Source: Hydrurus foetidus (lineage: Eukaryota). Taken from it: 64,000 bases of DNA. Shown here piece by piece: positions 29,101 through 37,808 of this stretch; the first letter of the stretch is position 1, and the number at the start of each line of letters is the position of its first letter. The stretch lies in NCBI GenBank assembly GCA_900617105.1, contig UYFQ01000001.1:3782001-3846000 (forward strand), read 5' to 3'. The notes beneath the pieces are model-generated. The model searched no databases. It was given only the letters and a program-made list of their open reading frames with translations, and had not been told where the DNA came from. The position numbers were made by a program, and so were the translations under genes.

Positions 29101-29325
29101 TGTGGAGTTCCACACAACTGCGCTGTGCACGCTTAGTCAGCCAGTATCGGCAGGCTGCTTCCAAGCTACACGGCAGGCAAAACCTAGGTTCCCGCTAGCT
29201 GCCGTTCACGAGAGTCAGCAGATGGCCCAGAGCAGTCACAAATGGCACGTAATTTCCCCAGTAGCTCCAGCAAATTGACCGCTTTAGGGTTCCACGTTTT
29301 GAGACATTCCTAGCTTCCTCTTTTA

Positions 29326-29652
29326 CTAAGCCTCCGGCGTCACCCCCCGCGCCACCAAAAACCGCGCCACCATGTTGTAGGTTGCAATCGCTGCCGTCAA
29401 CTCAACAATTTTCGTGGCGTCGAAGTGTTGTTTGAGCTGCGCGAATACCTCGTCGGCCACCTTCACGTCCAGTGTCATTTGCGCTGCGTATTGAACCACT
29501 ATGCTTTCAATAGCTGCTAGCGCCTTATTTTGTTGGGCCACAGCCGTGTTTGCCTTGTAAATGAGGCAAACTTGCTGCAATGCATCTAGCTCAGTCTGTG
29601 TGCCGCCTGCTTTTAAAAAATCTGGCGCGTGGTGGTGGTGTTCGTACGCCGC
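29326..29652 (-). pseudogene. 5'-truncated duplicate of the CMD-family gene 3' end
   Basis: Manual alignment with 31192-31513: about 33 mismatches in 322 nt, no gaps; no 5' half. Confidence 0.9.
29497..29552 (-). repeat. Dispersed ~55-bp element, copy 4, in the CMD fragment
   Basis: caaacacggctgtggcccaacaaaataaggcgctagcagctattgaaagcatagtg on minus strand. Confidence 0.85.
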
Positions 29653-29899
29653 GTCGATTGGCGGGGATTCTTTCTGATTACTGCAACATGTTTCAAAACA
29701 AGTGAAGCTTTAAGAATACGCTTCATAACATCCTGTACCGCCTGCGAGCTTGGCGACGAGGGCACTTATGTACCGGGTAGTCGGGCAGAGACTGCAAAAG
29801 GGGTTGATCAACTGGCCGATAGACATCAAGTCAGGGCCGTTAACAACATCTGAATGCAAGCGAAGTGATATTTCTAGCAGTTTTGATGTGTATTTAACC

Positions 29900-29932
29900 A
29901 TGTTATTCTTCCAAAGCATGGAATAATAACAT
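29900..29932. promoter_or_regulatory. 14-bp inverted repeat directly upstream of the ATPase start
   Basis: ATGTTATTCTTCCA-AAGCA-TGGAATAATAACAT, one mismatch. Confidence 0.6.
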
Positions 29933-29934
29933 TG

Positions 29935-31164
29935 ATGGGCTTTCACGAAATCAACCGCCAAGCACTGCCCGAACTAAGTCATCTGATGCAGGAATTTCCT
30001 GCCGTAGCGATTTTGGGGCCGCGCCAGGTGGGTAAAACTACGTTTGCACATCAGGTCGCTTTGGCCAGGCAAGTGGCCAATTCTGGTGCTTTAAAGCCGC
30101 TTTATCTTGATCTTGAGTTGCCCACTGACCTGGTGCAACTGGCTGACCCTGTGGCTTTTTTTGCGGCAAATGCAGATCGCCTGATCATTCTGGATGAGAT
30201 TCAGCGCATGCCGGGTTTGTTTGCTGTGCTGCGTGGGGTCATTGATCAGCGCCGTCGATCGGGTGCGCGGTCGGCGCAGTTTTTGCTGTTGGGGTCGGCG
30301 AGTATCGAGCTGCTGGCGCAGTCGTCAGAAACGCTGGCGGGGCGTCTTGCTTATATTGACCTGGCGCCATTTGTTGTCACGGAGCTGAATACACAGCAAG
30401 CTGCTGCACCAGGTGCGTTGTGGTTGCGCGGTGGGTTCCCTGACGCTTACCTGGCCAGAAGCGATGCGGCCAGTATGCGGTGGCGCTCGCAATTTATCAC
30501 CACGTATCTGGAGCGTGACATACCGCTGCTTGGACCCCGAATTCCTGCTCAAACACTGCGTCGGCTGTGGACCATGTTGGCGTACGAGCAAGCACAGATG
30601 TTGAATGCGGCACGTTTGGCTGCGTCAATGGGCGTGAGTGGTCAAACCATTGCGCGCTACGTTGACCTGCTATGTGACCTGTTGTTGTTGCGCCGGTTGC
30701 AACCCTGGGCGCGGCAGTCAGGCAAGCGGCTCGTCAAGACCCCAAAAATTTATGTGCGCGACAGTGGTCTGGTGCATGCCTTGCTTGGTTTGACGACTGC
30801 AGCCGATCTGTTGTCTCACCCCGTAGTGGGCGGCAGCTGGGAAGGCTGGGTGATTGAAAACCTGCTGGCCTGCGCACCTGCCAATGCGCGTGCCAGTTTT
30901 TATCGCACGGTCGCGGGTGCCGAGATTGATTTGCTTTTGGAGCTGCCGGGGAACCAGTTGTGGGCGGTCGAGATAAAACGCTCCAGCGCGCCAACTGTAA
31001 GCAAGGGATTTCACTTGGGCTGCGCTGATGTTAACGTGACCCGTGCAATAGTTGTCAGCAGTGCAAACGCCGTGTTTCCGATGGCGGGCGGAGTTGAGCA
31101 TGTCCCGCTGCTGGCCTTGATGCAGGAGCTGCTGGCATTAAAGCAGTTGCAGCTTCAAAGCTAA
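29935..31164 (+). CDS. AAA+ ATPase with DUF4143 and C-terminal PD-(D/E)XK-like motif (COG1373 type)
   Basis: GPRQVGKTT, LDEIQ, LLGS, ETLAGR, RGGFP, PKIYVRDSG and EIDL...AVEIK. Confidence 0.88.
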   Translation: MGFHEINRQALPELSHLMQEFPAVAILGPRQVGKTTFAHQVALARQVANSGALKPLYLDLELPTDLVQLADPVAFFAANADRLIILDEIQRMPGLFAVLRGVIDQRRRSGARSAQFLLLGSASIELLAQSSETLAGRLAYIDLAPFVVTELNTQQAAAPGALWLRGGFPDAYLARSDAASMRWRSQFITTYLERDIPLLGPRIPAQTLRRLWTMLAYEQAQMLNAARLAASMGVSGQTIARYVDLLCDLLLLRRLQPWARQSGKRLVKTPKIYVRDSGLVHALLGLTTAADLLSHPVVGGSWEGWVIENLLACAPANARASFYRTVAGAEIDLLLELPGNQLWAVEIKRSSAPTVSKGFHLGCADVNVTRAIVVSSANAVFPMAGGVEHVPLLALMQELLALKQLQLQS

Positions 31165-31174
31165 GTGCCCCGAC

Positions 31175-31741
31175 TCAGATTCCAGGTCGTGCTTCCGGCG
31201 ACACCCCCAACGCCACCAAAAACCGCGCCACCATGTTGTACGTGGCAATCGCCGCCGTCAGCTCCACAATTTGCGTGGTGTCAAAGTGTTGTTTGAGCTG
31301 CGCGAACACCTCGTCACTGACTTTAACGTCCAGCGTCATTTGCGCTGCGTATTGAACCACTATGCTTTCAATAGCTGCTAGCGCCTTATTTGATTGGGCC
31401 ACAGTCGTATTTGACTTGTAAATGAGGCAAACTTGCTGCAATGCATCCAGCTCGGCCTGTGTGCCGCCTGCTTTTAAAAAATCTGGCGCATGGTGGTGGT
31501 ATTCATAGGCGGCTCCGGTCAGTAGCGCCACAGTGCAGATGCCGAGTTCGCGCAGTTTCCAGCTGGTCGGCAGGTCGGTGCGCACGGCTTTTAAATACAC
31601 GTTCCAGCCGCGCGCCAGTGGTTCGCTCCACAGTAGCGCTTTGTCGAGGTTGATGAACTCGCCGCCCCGGCGTTTCAAAATGGCTTGTACCAAGTCATCG
31701 GGTTGAGGTTTAAGTGCAGGGGTCCAGTCAGGGATGCGCAT
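31175..31741 (-). CDS. Carboxymuconolactone decarboxylase/AhpD-family protein
   Basis: LRELGICTVA...YEYHHH and IVELTAAIATYNMVARFL. Confidence 0.85.
   Translation of the reverse strand: MRIPDWTPALKPQPDDLVQAILKRRGGEFINLDKALLWSEPLARGWNVYLKAVRTDLPTSWKLRELGICTVALLTGAAYEYHHHAPDFLKAGGTQAELDALQQVCLIYKSNTTVAQSNKALAAIESIVVQYAAQMTLDVKVSDEVFAQLKQHFDTTQIVELTAAIATYNMVARFLVALGVSPEARPGI
31358..31413 (-). repeat. Dispersed ~55-bp element, copy 5, inside the CMD CDS
   Basis: caaatacgactgtggcccaatcaaataaggcgctagcagctattgaaagcatagtg. Confidence 0.85.
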
Positions 31742-31788
31742 GCAGTGCTCACTTTCAAAAAAACATAGGGTAGCGCGATAATCTGGCC

Positions 31789-32703
31789 ATGATGCAACTG
31801 AAGCGGGTCAAATTCACCAAAATGCAGGGCGCGGGCAATGACTTTGTTGTGCTGGACGAGACGCGCGGCTTGCTGGGCTTGAATGCTGCGCAGTACCGGT
31901 TTTTAGCCGACCGGCATTTTGGCGTGGGGGCCGATCAGATTTTGTCGGTTCGGCCCGCGCCTTCGCCTGCGGTGGACTTTGAGTACGTGATTCACAACGC
32001 CGATGGCGGTGAGGTAGAACACTGCGGCAACGGTGCGCGCTGCTTTGTACGATTTGCGCGTGAGCGCGGTTTGACCGACAAGGCGACTCTGAAAGTACAA
32101 ACCATGAACCGCGTGCTCACGCTCGCGATGCAAAGCGACGGCCGGGTCACGGTTGACATGGGCGCGCCGGTGTTTGACTTGGCCCGCATTCCGTTTGATG
32201 CGACTGGATTGACGCCTGAAAACGCCAATTCATGGCAAAAATGGCCGTTAAATATGGCTGCAGCCCAATTAATACAGGCGCAAGCAGCTCCTGTATTGGT
32301 AGCAGTTAGTGTGGCCGTCCTGTCCATGGGCAACCCGCATGCGGTGCAGGTAGTAAGCGACGTGGACGCAGCGCCGGTGCTGCAGTTGGGCCCGCTGATC
32401 GAAAGCCACGCGCGCTTTGCCAAACGGGTTAACGCCGGGTTCATGCAAATCGTCAGCCGCAGTGACATCAAACTTAGGGTGTACGAGCGCGGCGCGGGTG
32501 AGACGCTGGCCTGCGGCACGGGCGCGTGCGCGGCGGTGGTGGCGGGCATTCGCCTGGGCCTGCTCGATGGGAAAGTCAACGTGCAAACACATGGCGGGCC
32601 GCTCACTATTGAATGGTCTGGCGCGCTGGACGCGCCTGTGATGATGACCGGGCCAGCCACGACGGTTTTTGAGTCTGAAATCGACATCCCCGATACGGTC
32701 TGA
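31789..32703 (+). CDS. dapF: Diaminopimelate epimerase
   Basis: [24 protein letters not shown] and [16 protein letters not shown]. Confidence 0.98.
   Translation: MMQLKRVKFTKMQGAGNDFVVLDETRGLLGLNAAQYRFLADRHFGVGADQILSVRPAPSPAVDFEYVIHNADGGEVEHCGNGARCFVRFARERGLTDKATLKVQTMNRVLTLAMQSDGRVTVDMGAPVFDLARIPFDATGLTPENANSWQKWPLNMAAAQLIQAQAAPVLVAVSVAVLSMGNPHAVQVVSDVDAAPVLQLGPLIESHARFAKRVNAGFMQIVSRSDIKLRVYERGAGETLACGTGACAAVVAGIRLGLLDGKVNVQTHGGPLTIEWSGALDAPVMMTGPATTVFESEIDIPDTV
32249..32304 (+). repeat. Dispersed ~55-bp element, copy 6, inside dapF
   Basis: taaatatggctgcagcccaattaatacaggcgcaagcagctcctgtattggtagca. Confidence 0.9.
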
Positions 32704-32733
32704 ACCCTGTTTAAAAAATACGACAATCTACCC

Positions 32734-33417
32734 ATGAACCCAATCGACCAACCCATCACTGAAGACGACATTGCCAACTTTCTGGCAAACACGCCAGACT
32801 TTTTTGAGCGCCATGCCGAGCTGCTGGCCACGGTGCAATTGTCTAGCGGCCACGGCAGCCGCGCGGTGAGCTTGCAAGAGCGGCAAGCCGGCCTGTTGCG
32901 CGACAAAATCAAGGGGCTTGAGGGAAAAATTGTCGACATGATTCGCCACGGCAATGAAAACGTGGCCATTGCCGACAAACTGCAAACCTGCACCCACAAC
33001 CTGCTGCTGACCGCCCACGCACCCGACCTGCCTGAAACCATTGTGCGCGAGCTCAAAGTGCAGTTTGACATTCCGCAGGCGGCGATCAAGGTGTGGCGCA
33101 TCAACGGTATTTTTACGGGCGAGCCTTTTTGCGAAGGCGTCAGCGCCGACACGCAGGCGTTTGCGTCGTCTCTTGGCGCGCCTTACTGCGGCGTGAATTC
33201 TGGGTTTGATGCCGCGGCGTGGTTGCCTGAGCCCGCGCAAGCCATGTCGGTGGCGCTTATTCCGTTGCGGGTGGACGGCGCTGTTGACGCCTTTGGCTTG
33301 CTGGTGCTGGCCTCGCCCGATGCCGAGCGGTTTAACAGCGCCATGGGCACTGAATTTTTGGCGCAAATCGGCGACCTGGCTGGTGCCGCGCTGACCCGCT
33401 TGCTGCCTGTCGATTGA
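32734..33417 (+). CDS. DUF484 (YigA-like) protein
   Basis: PDFFERH, AVSLQERQ and RF..MGT.FL; position between dapF and xerC. Confidence 0.9.
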   Translation: MNPIDQPITEDDIANFLANTPDFFERHAELLATVQLSSGHGSRAVSLQERQAGLLRDKIKGLEGKIVDMIRHGNENVAIADKLQTCTHNLLLTAHAPDLPETIVRELKVQFDIPQAAIKVWRINGIFTGEPFCEGVSADTQAFASSLGAPYCGVNSGFDAAAWLPEPAQAMSVALIPLRVDGAVDAFGLLVLASPDAERFNSAMGTEFLAQIGDLAGAALTRLLPVD

Positions 33418-33498
33418 GTCTGGTTTGACCAGCAGCCGGTCAAGCGCCCAACAAACTCACGGCATTTAGGCAGCCCTTAAAAAGTCTGTTCACGGGCA

Positions 33499-34470
33499 AT
33501 GTCAAACGCACTGGTCCAAGCCGCAATCGCACCTGATCTTGACCCGCTGGCGCAGCGCTACCTTGAGCACGTGCGCGTCGAAAAGCGGCTGGCGCTGCGC
33601 ACCACCGAGCTGTATTGCGCAGACCTGGTCAAGCTGCAAGCCCAGGCCGCGCTGGCCGGGGTAGGGCTGGCAGACGTTCAAAACACGCACATTCGGCGCT
33701 GGGTGGCCCAAATGCATGGCGCGGGCCGCAGCGCACGCGGCATCGCCTTGATTTTGTCGGGCTGGCGCGGCTTTTATGTTTGGCTGGGCCGCGAGGGCAG
33801 GGTGGCCAGTAACCCGGTGCAGGGCGTGCGCGCCCCAAAGGCTGCCAAGCCACTACCCAAAGCGCTGGGCGTTGATGAAGCGGTGCAACTGGCAGACTTT
33901 CGCGCCAGCAGCGAGCAAAGCAGCCCAACGCTCGATGCGCGTGACCACTGTATGGTTGAATTGCTTTACGGCTGCGGCCTGCGCATTGGCGAGCTGGTGG
34001 GCCTGGACGTGCAGGCCAGCCGCACAGCGCGCGGCTGGATTGACGCCGAAGCTGCCGAAGCCAATGTGCTGGGCAAAGGCGAAAAACGCCGCAGCGTGCC
34101 CGTTGGCAGCAAAGCCCTGGCCGCACTGGCCGAGTGGTTGAACTTTCGCAGCGAGTGGGCCAGGAACGACGCTGCGCTGTTCGTCAACGCCCAAGGCAAG
34201 CGCTTGAGCCCGCAGCATATTCGAGTCAGGCTCAAGCAGCGTTCGCTGCAGGCGGGGCTGGCCACGCCGGTGCACCCGCACATGCTGCGGCACTCGTTTG
34301 CTAGCCATGTGCTGCAGTCCAGCGGGGACTTGCGCGCGGTGCAAGAGCTGCTGGGCCATGCCAACATCACCACCACACAGGTCTACACGCGGCTTGATTT
34401 TCAGCACCTGGCAACGGTGTATGACGCCGCGCATCCGCGCGCCAAACGTACACCGCCTGCGCGCAAGTGA
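33499..34470 (+). CDS. xerC: Tyrosine recombinase XerC
   Basis: LYGCGLR, GKGEK, HPHMLRHSFA and LLGH...TTQVYT; dapF-DUF484-xerC synteny. Confidence 0.93.
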   Translation: MSNALVQAAIAPDLDPLAQRYLEHVRVEKRLALRTTELYCADLVKLQAQAALAGVGLADVQNTHIRRWVAQMHGAGRSARGIALILSGWRGFYVWLGREGRVASNPVQGVRAPKAAKPLPKALGVDEAVQLADFRASSEQSSPTLDARDHCMVELLYGCGLRIGELVGLDVQASRTARGWIDAEAAEANVLGKGEKRRSVPVGSKALAALAEWLNFRSEWARNDAALFVNAQGKRLSPQHIRVRLKQRSLQAGLATPVHPHMLRHSFASHVLQSSGDLRAVQELLGHANITTTQVYTRLDFQHLATVYDAAHPRAKRTPPARK

Positions 34471-34501
34471 AAAGTCGGCCTGTTGAACCGTCAGCGGGCA
34501 G

Positions 34502-36289
34502 CTAGTGCTGTTGCGAGGGCCTGTGTGCGCGGCGCCTCGGCGGTGGAGCCACTTCACCCAGCATGTACACGGCCTTCTTGCTTGATGCTGGAGCGGTTGC
34601 CAGCAAATTCTCTAGCTGCTCCAGCACGGGTTGGGGGTTGCCGCCCGCCATAGGCACCAGTGCGTAAGCCACGCGCACCTGACTCACGCAGTCCACGTGC
34701 AGGCCGGGGTAGGGCATCAGGCAGCGCGCCACAATGCGGGGAGCCAGGGTGGCGGCTTCTTCGGCGTTAAACGGGCCTTCGACCAAAATGCCAAAACGCA
34801 GCTCAGACAGGCGGGCAGCGCTGTCAATTTCTCGCGTGGTGGAAAGTAAGCGCGAAGCCACGCGCAGAGGCAGCGCGTTGGCCATTTTTTTGCCAAAATC
34901 ACGCAAAATTTGCTCGCTGTTCATGACCTCAATCACCAAAACGGCACTTTGGTGTTTAAGCCGCGCAGACCGCGCCTGCATGCGCGCCAATCGCGTCGTA
35001 AACACCTGTTCAGTGATCAGCCCGGTAGCAGGGTCAATCTGGTCAACCCCGGCAATACGGCGGGCGTTTTCGCGGCGCTGCTGGCTGCGGGAAAACAACG
35101 CTGCCAACATGGCCAGTTGCTGTATGGCCAGGCTGGCCAGCCAGCTTTGTTCAGTGAAAAAGCTCAGCGGAATCCACTGCACATAGCGCAGCGCTGCCAG
35201 CCCTATTGACAGAAAAAACGGTATAAAACTGATCAGTATCCACACGCCAAAACGGTCACCATGTCGCCATGCCCAGGCATTGATGCCAATCATCAGTACC
35301 ACCGCCAGCAGCAGGTAGGGCAAAGTCAGTGAAATACGCAGTGCGGTGTCCGTCAGGAGCAGCGCGGCGCACAAAACCAGCCCCGCAGCGGCTGCGGCAC
35401 ACACCCCCAGATCAACGTTGCGCGAACGCTGCCCCAGATACACAATCTTGGCATTAAGCAGTAAAAAAGAGATGATCGCCAACATGCCCAGCACCACCAA
35501 GCTACGGTCAGCCCAATCTGGGTTGTTGGGCCACAAATACAGGCCGCCAAAGCCTGAAATGGCCGCTTGGGTCAAGCCCACCAGCGCAGCGCAAGCTGCA
35601 GCAAACAAATAGGCGCTGTCTTTCAGCCAAACCAGCCCTGTGAGTCCCACCAGCGTGCCCAGCAAAGAAATGCCGAAGTAGGCGCCCATAAAAATCGACA
35701 AACCTTGCTCGCCCCGCAGCAGTTTGTCCGTCGCGATCAGGCGCACCGGCGCGCTGAACCCTTGAGCATTCTCCAGTCGCAATAAATAGGTGGTGGTTTG
35801 CCCCGCAGTCGTTTCAATGGCCATTACAGGGTGTCGCTGCGGCATGCTCCACGCACTGTTGGCAATACTGTCCCCCGCTTGCTGCACCTGATTGCTCCCG
35901 TCGGTGTTCAGTCTGAAAAGGGAGGCGCGGTCAAGCGCTGCATAAGGAATTTCTAACAACCAATGGCTGGCGTCAGCCGATTCCAGTACGCTAAAACGCA
36001 GCCAAAGTGCCTGGCCGGGTTGCAGCGGGTAAATACCTCGTTCTGGGCCTTTTTGCCAGTTTGCCCGGGTGTCGGCCGCAATTTCTGCTGGCGTCAACTT
36101 GGCTGTGTTGTCTATCCGGTACTCGCTTTCAGCAACCAGGTCTACAGTCGCGCTGGTTTTTGAAAGTGCTATTGGCGCGGCCGCTTGCGCAGGGGCCACA
36201 GCGCCAAGTGCTAGAGCTGCCCAAACAGCGAAGGGTAGTAAAAGCGCTAGTGCACGCTGAGCGAAATGAAAAAATGGCAAAGAAGTCAT
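34502..36289 (-). CDS. 7TMR-DISM sensor with degenerate GGDEF domain
   Basis: Periplasmic DISMED2-like region, seven hydrophobic segments, DPATGL; ARLSELRF in place of ARxGGDEF. Confidence 0.8.
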   Translation of the reverse strand: MTSLPFFHFAQRALALLLPFAVWAALALGAVAPAQAAAPIALSKTSATVDLVAESEYRIDNTAKLTPAEIAADTRANWQKGPERGIYPLQPGQALWLRFSVLESADASHWLLEIPYAALDRASLFRLNTDGSNQVQQAGDSIANSAWSMPQRHPVMAIETTAGQTTTYLLRLENAQGFSAPVRLIATDKLLRGEQGLSIFMGAYFGISLLGTLVGLTGLVWLKDSAYLFAAACAALVGLTQAAISGFGGLYLWPNNPDWADRSLVVLGMLAIISFLLLNAKIVYLGQRSRNVDLGVCAAAAAGLVLCAALLLTDTALRISLTLPYLLLAVVLMIGINAWAWRHGDRFGVWILISFIPFFLSIGLAALRYVQWIPLSFFTEQSWLASLAIQQLAMLAALFSRSQQRRENARRIAGVDQIDPATGLITEQVFTTRLARMQARSARLKHQSAVLVIEVMNSEQILRDFGKKMANALPLRVASRLLSTTREIDSAARLSELRFGILVEGPFNAEEAATLAPRIVARCLMPYPGLHVDCVSQVRVAYALVPMAGGNPQPVLEQLENLLATAPASSKKAVYMLGEVAPPPRRRAHRPSQQH

Positions 36290-36418
36290 TTGGTGGATTT
36301 ACGAATTCTAGTTTTAATTGTGACGGCACCAAAAGAGTGCCTTGGTTTCAATTCGTGTGGAAATGCACAGTTCCGCAGACTTTGGTTTGTTCGGCGGACT
36401 TGCCGCGACAATCTGGGC

Positions 36419-37606
36419 ATGAAATCACTGCACTTAAAACCCGGAAAAGAAAAATCCCTGCTGCGGCGCCATCCCTGGGTGTTTGATGGCGCTATTGCCA
36501 CGGGCAGTGCCGATGCGGGCGAGACGGTGCGGGTTGAAAGCGCCGACGGCCAGTTTTTAGGCTGGGCGGCGTACAGCCCGCAATCAAAAATTCGCGCGCG
36601 AGTGTGGAGTTTTGATGAGGCGCAGCGCATTGACGCTTCTTTTTTCATAGCTGCTTGCGCCCGTTCTATATCGTCTAGAAGCCTGTTTGATATACAAAGT
36701 AACGGCTTGCGGCTGATTCATGGTGAGTCTGACGGCCTGCCAGGCCTGGTGGTCGACCGCTATGCAGACACGCTGGTGGCGCAATTTTCCAGCTGCGGCT
36801 CAGAGCGCTTTAAAAGCGTGATTGTGGATGCGCTGCTCAAGCAAACCGGCTTGACCAAGCTCTACGAGAGATCAGACGCCAGCGTTCGCGCGCTTGAAGG
36901 CTTGCCCGAGGCAACCGGTTGGCTGGCCGGGTCTGGATCAACAGAAATCGTTTTAACTGAGCATGACTGGAAGCTCAGCCTTGACGTTGCCGAAGGGCAC
37001 AAAACCGGGTTTTATCTAGACCAGCGCGACAGCCGCTACAAGTTCAGCCAGTACACCCGCCGCATGGGGTTCAAGCGGGTGCTCAATTGCTACAGCTACA
37101 CGGGCGGTTTTACGGTGGCAGCGTTGGCCGGCGGGGCGGCGCATGTCACGTCGATTGACTCGTCTGGCCCGGCAATTGAGCGTGCAAAAGCCAACGTAGC
37201 CCTGAACGGCTTTGACGCGGCGCGCACCACCATGATCGACGCCGACGTGAACGCCTGCCTTCGCCAGTACCTGAAAGACGGCGTAACGTTCGATGCCATC
37301 GTGCTCGACCCGCCCAAATTCGCCCCGACTGCGGCGCACGCCGAGCGCGCGGCCCGAGCCTACAAAGACATTAACCGCCTGGCTTTGATGTTGCTCGAAC
37401 CTGGCGGCGCGCTTTTTACCTATTCATGTTCAGGTGGCATCAGCGCTGATTTGTTTCACAAAATCGTGGCCGGCGCGGGCATGGACGCAGGCGTTGACGC
37501 TTACATTACCGAACGCTTGGGAGGCGCACCGGACCACCCAATGACCGTGACATTTCCTGAAGGCGAATACCTGAAGGGGATGGTGTTGGTCAAAAAGCCA
37601 GCCTGA
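36419..37606 (+). CDS. rlmI: RlmI-like class I SAM-dependent 23S rRNA m5C methyltransferase
   Basis: RRHPWVF, GESDGLPG, GHKTGFYLDQR, LDPPKF, SCS and EGEYLKG. Confidence 0.88.
   Translation: MKSLHLKPGKEKSLLRRHPWVFDGAIATGSADAGETVRVESADGQFLGWAAYSPQSKIRARVWSFDEAQRIDASFFIAACARSISSRSLFDIQSNGLRLIHGESDGLPGLVVDRYADTLVAQFSSCGSERFKSVIVDALLKQTGLTKLYERSDASVRALEGLPEATGWLAGSGSTEIVLTEHDWKLSLDVAEGHKTGFYLDQRDSRYKFSQYTRRMGFKRVLNCYSYTGGFTVAALAGGAAHVTSIDSSGPAIERAKANVALNGFDAARTTMIDADVNACLRQYLKDGVTFDAIVLDPPKFAPTAAHAERAARAYKDINRLALMLLEPGGALFTYSCSGGISADLFHKIVAGAGMDAGVDAYITERLGGAPDHPMTVTFPEGEYLKGMVLVKKPA
36634..36689 (-). repeat. Dispersed ~55-bp element, copy 7, inside the rlmI-like CDS
   Basis: caaacaggcttctagacgatatagaacgggcgcaagcagctatgaaaaaagaagcg on minus strand. 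Confidence 0.8.
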
Positions 37607-37632
37607 AGCTAAAAAACGGCGTTTTTATGCAT

Positions 37633-37688
37633 TAAATAGACTTCTAGCCCAATAAATACAGGCGCAAAGAGCTATGAATATGATAGTG
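37633..37688 (+). repeat. Dispersed ~55-bp element, copy 8 (intergenic)
   Basis: taaatagacttctagcccaataaatacaggcgcaaagagctatgaatatgatagtg. Confidence 0.88.
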
Positions 37689-37808
37689 ATTATTCCTTGG
37701 CAAAGTACGTTGTTTAATGAGATGCGGCTCGCTTTGCCCTTGTCTTACGACGCTTTCGCCCCATATCGGCGCTAACCGATAAACTAGATTTACCTTCTCA
37801 GGATTTTT

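Noticed and set aside
28691..29278. 195-aa plus-strand ORF
   Set aside because: Antisense shadow of the IS3 remnant
29710..29961. 83-aa minus-strand ORF in the AT-rich spacer
   Set aside because: No recognisable motif; overlaps the ATPase start and promoter
31992..33152. Long antisense ORFs (386 aa here; also 43824-44651, 39079-39768 and 12035-12856)
   Set aside because: Shadow frames opposite well-supported genes in GC-rich DNA
33446..33485. gcccaacaaactcacggcatttaggcagcccttaaaaagt between DUF484 and xerC resembles the dispersed element
   Set aside because: Needs gaps and lacks the second dyad; possible relic, not counted without an HMM score
33499..34470. Tyrosine recombinase as the integrase of the nearby accessory region
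   Set aside because: dapF-DUF484-xerC synteny and motifs identify housekeeping XerC
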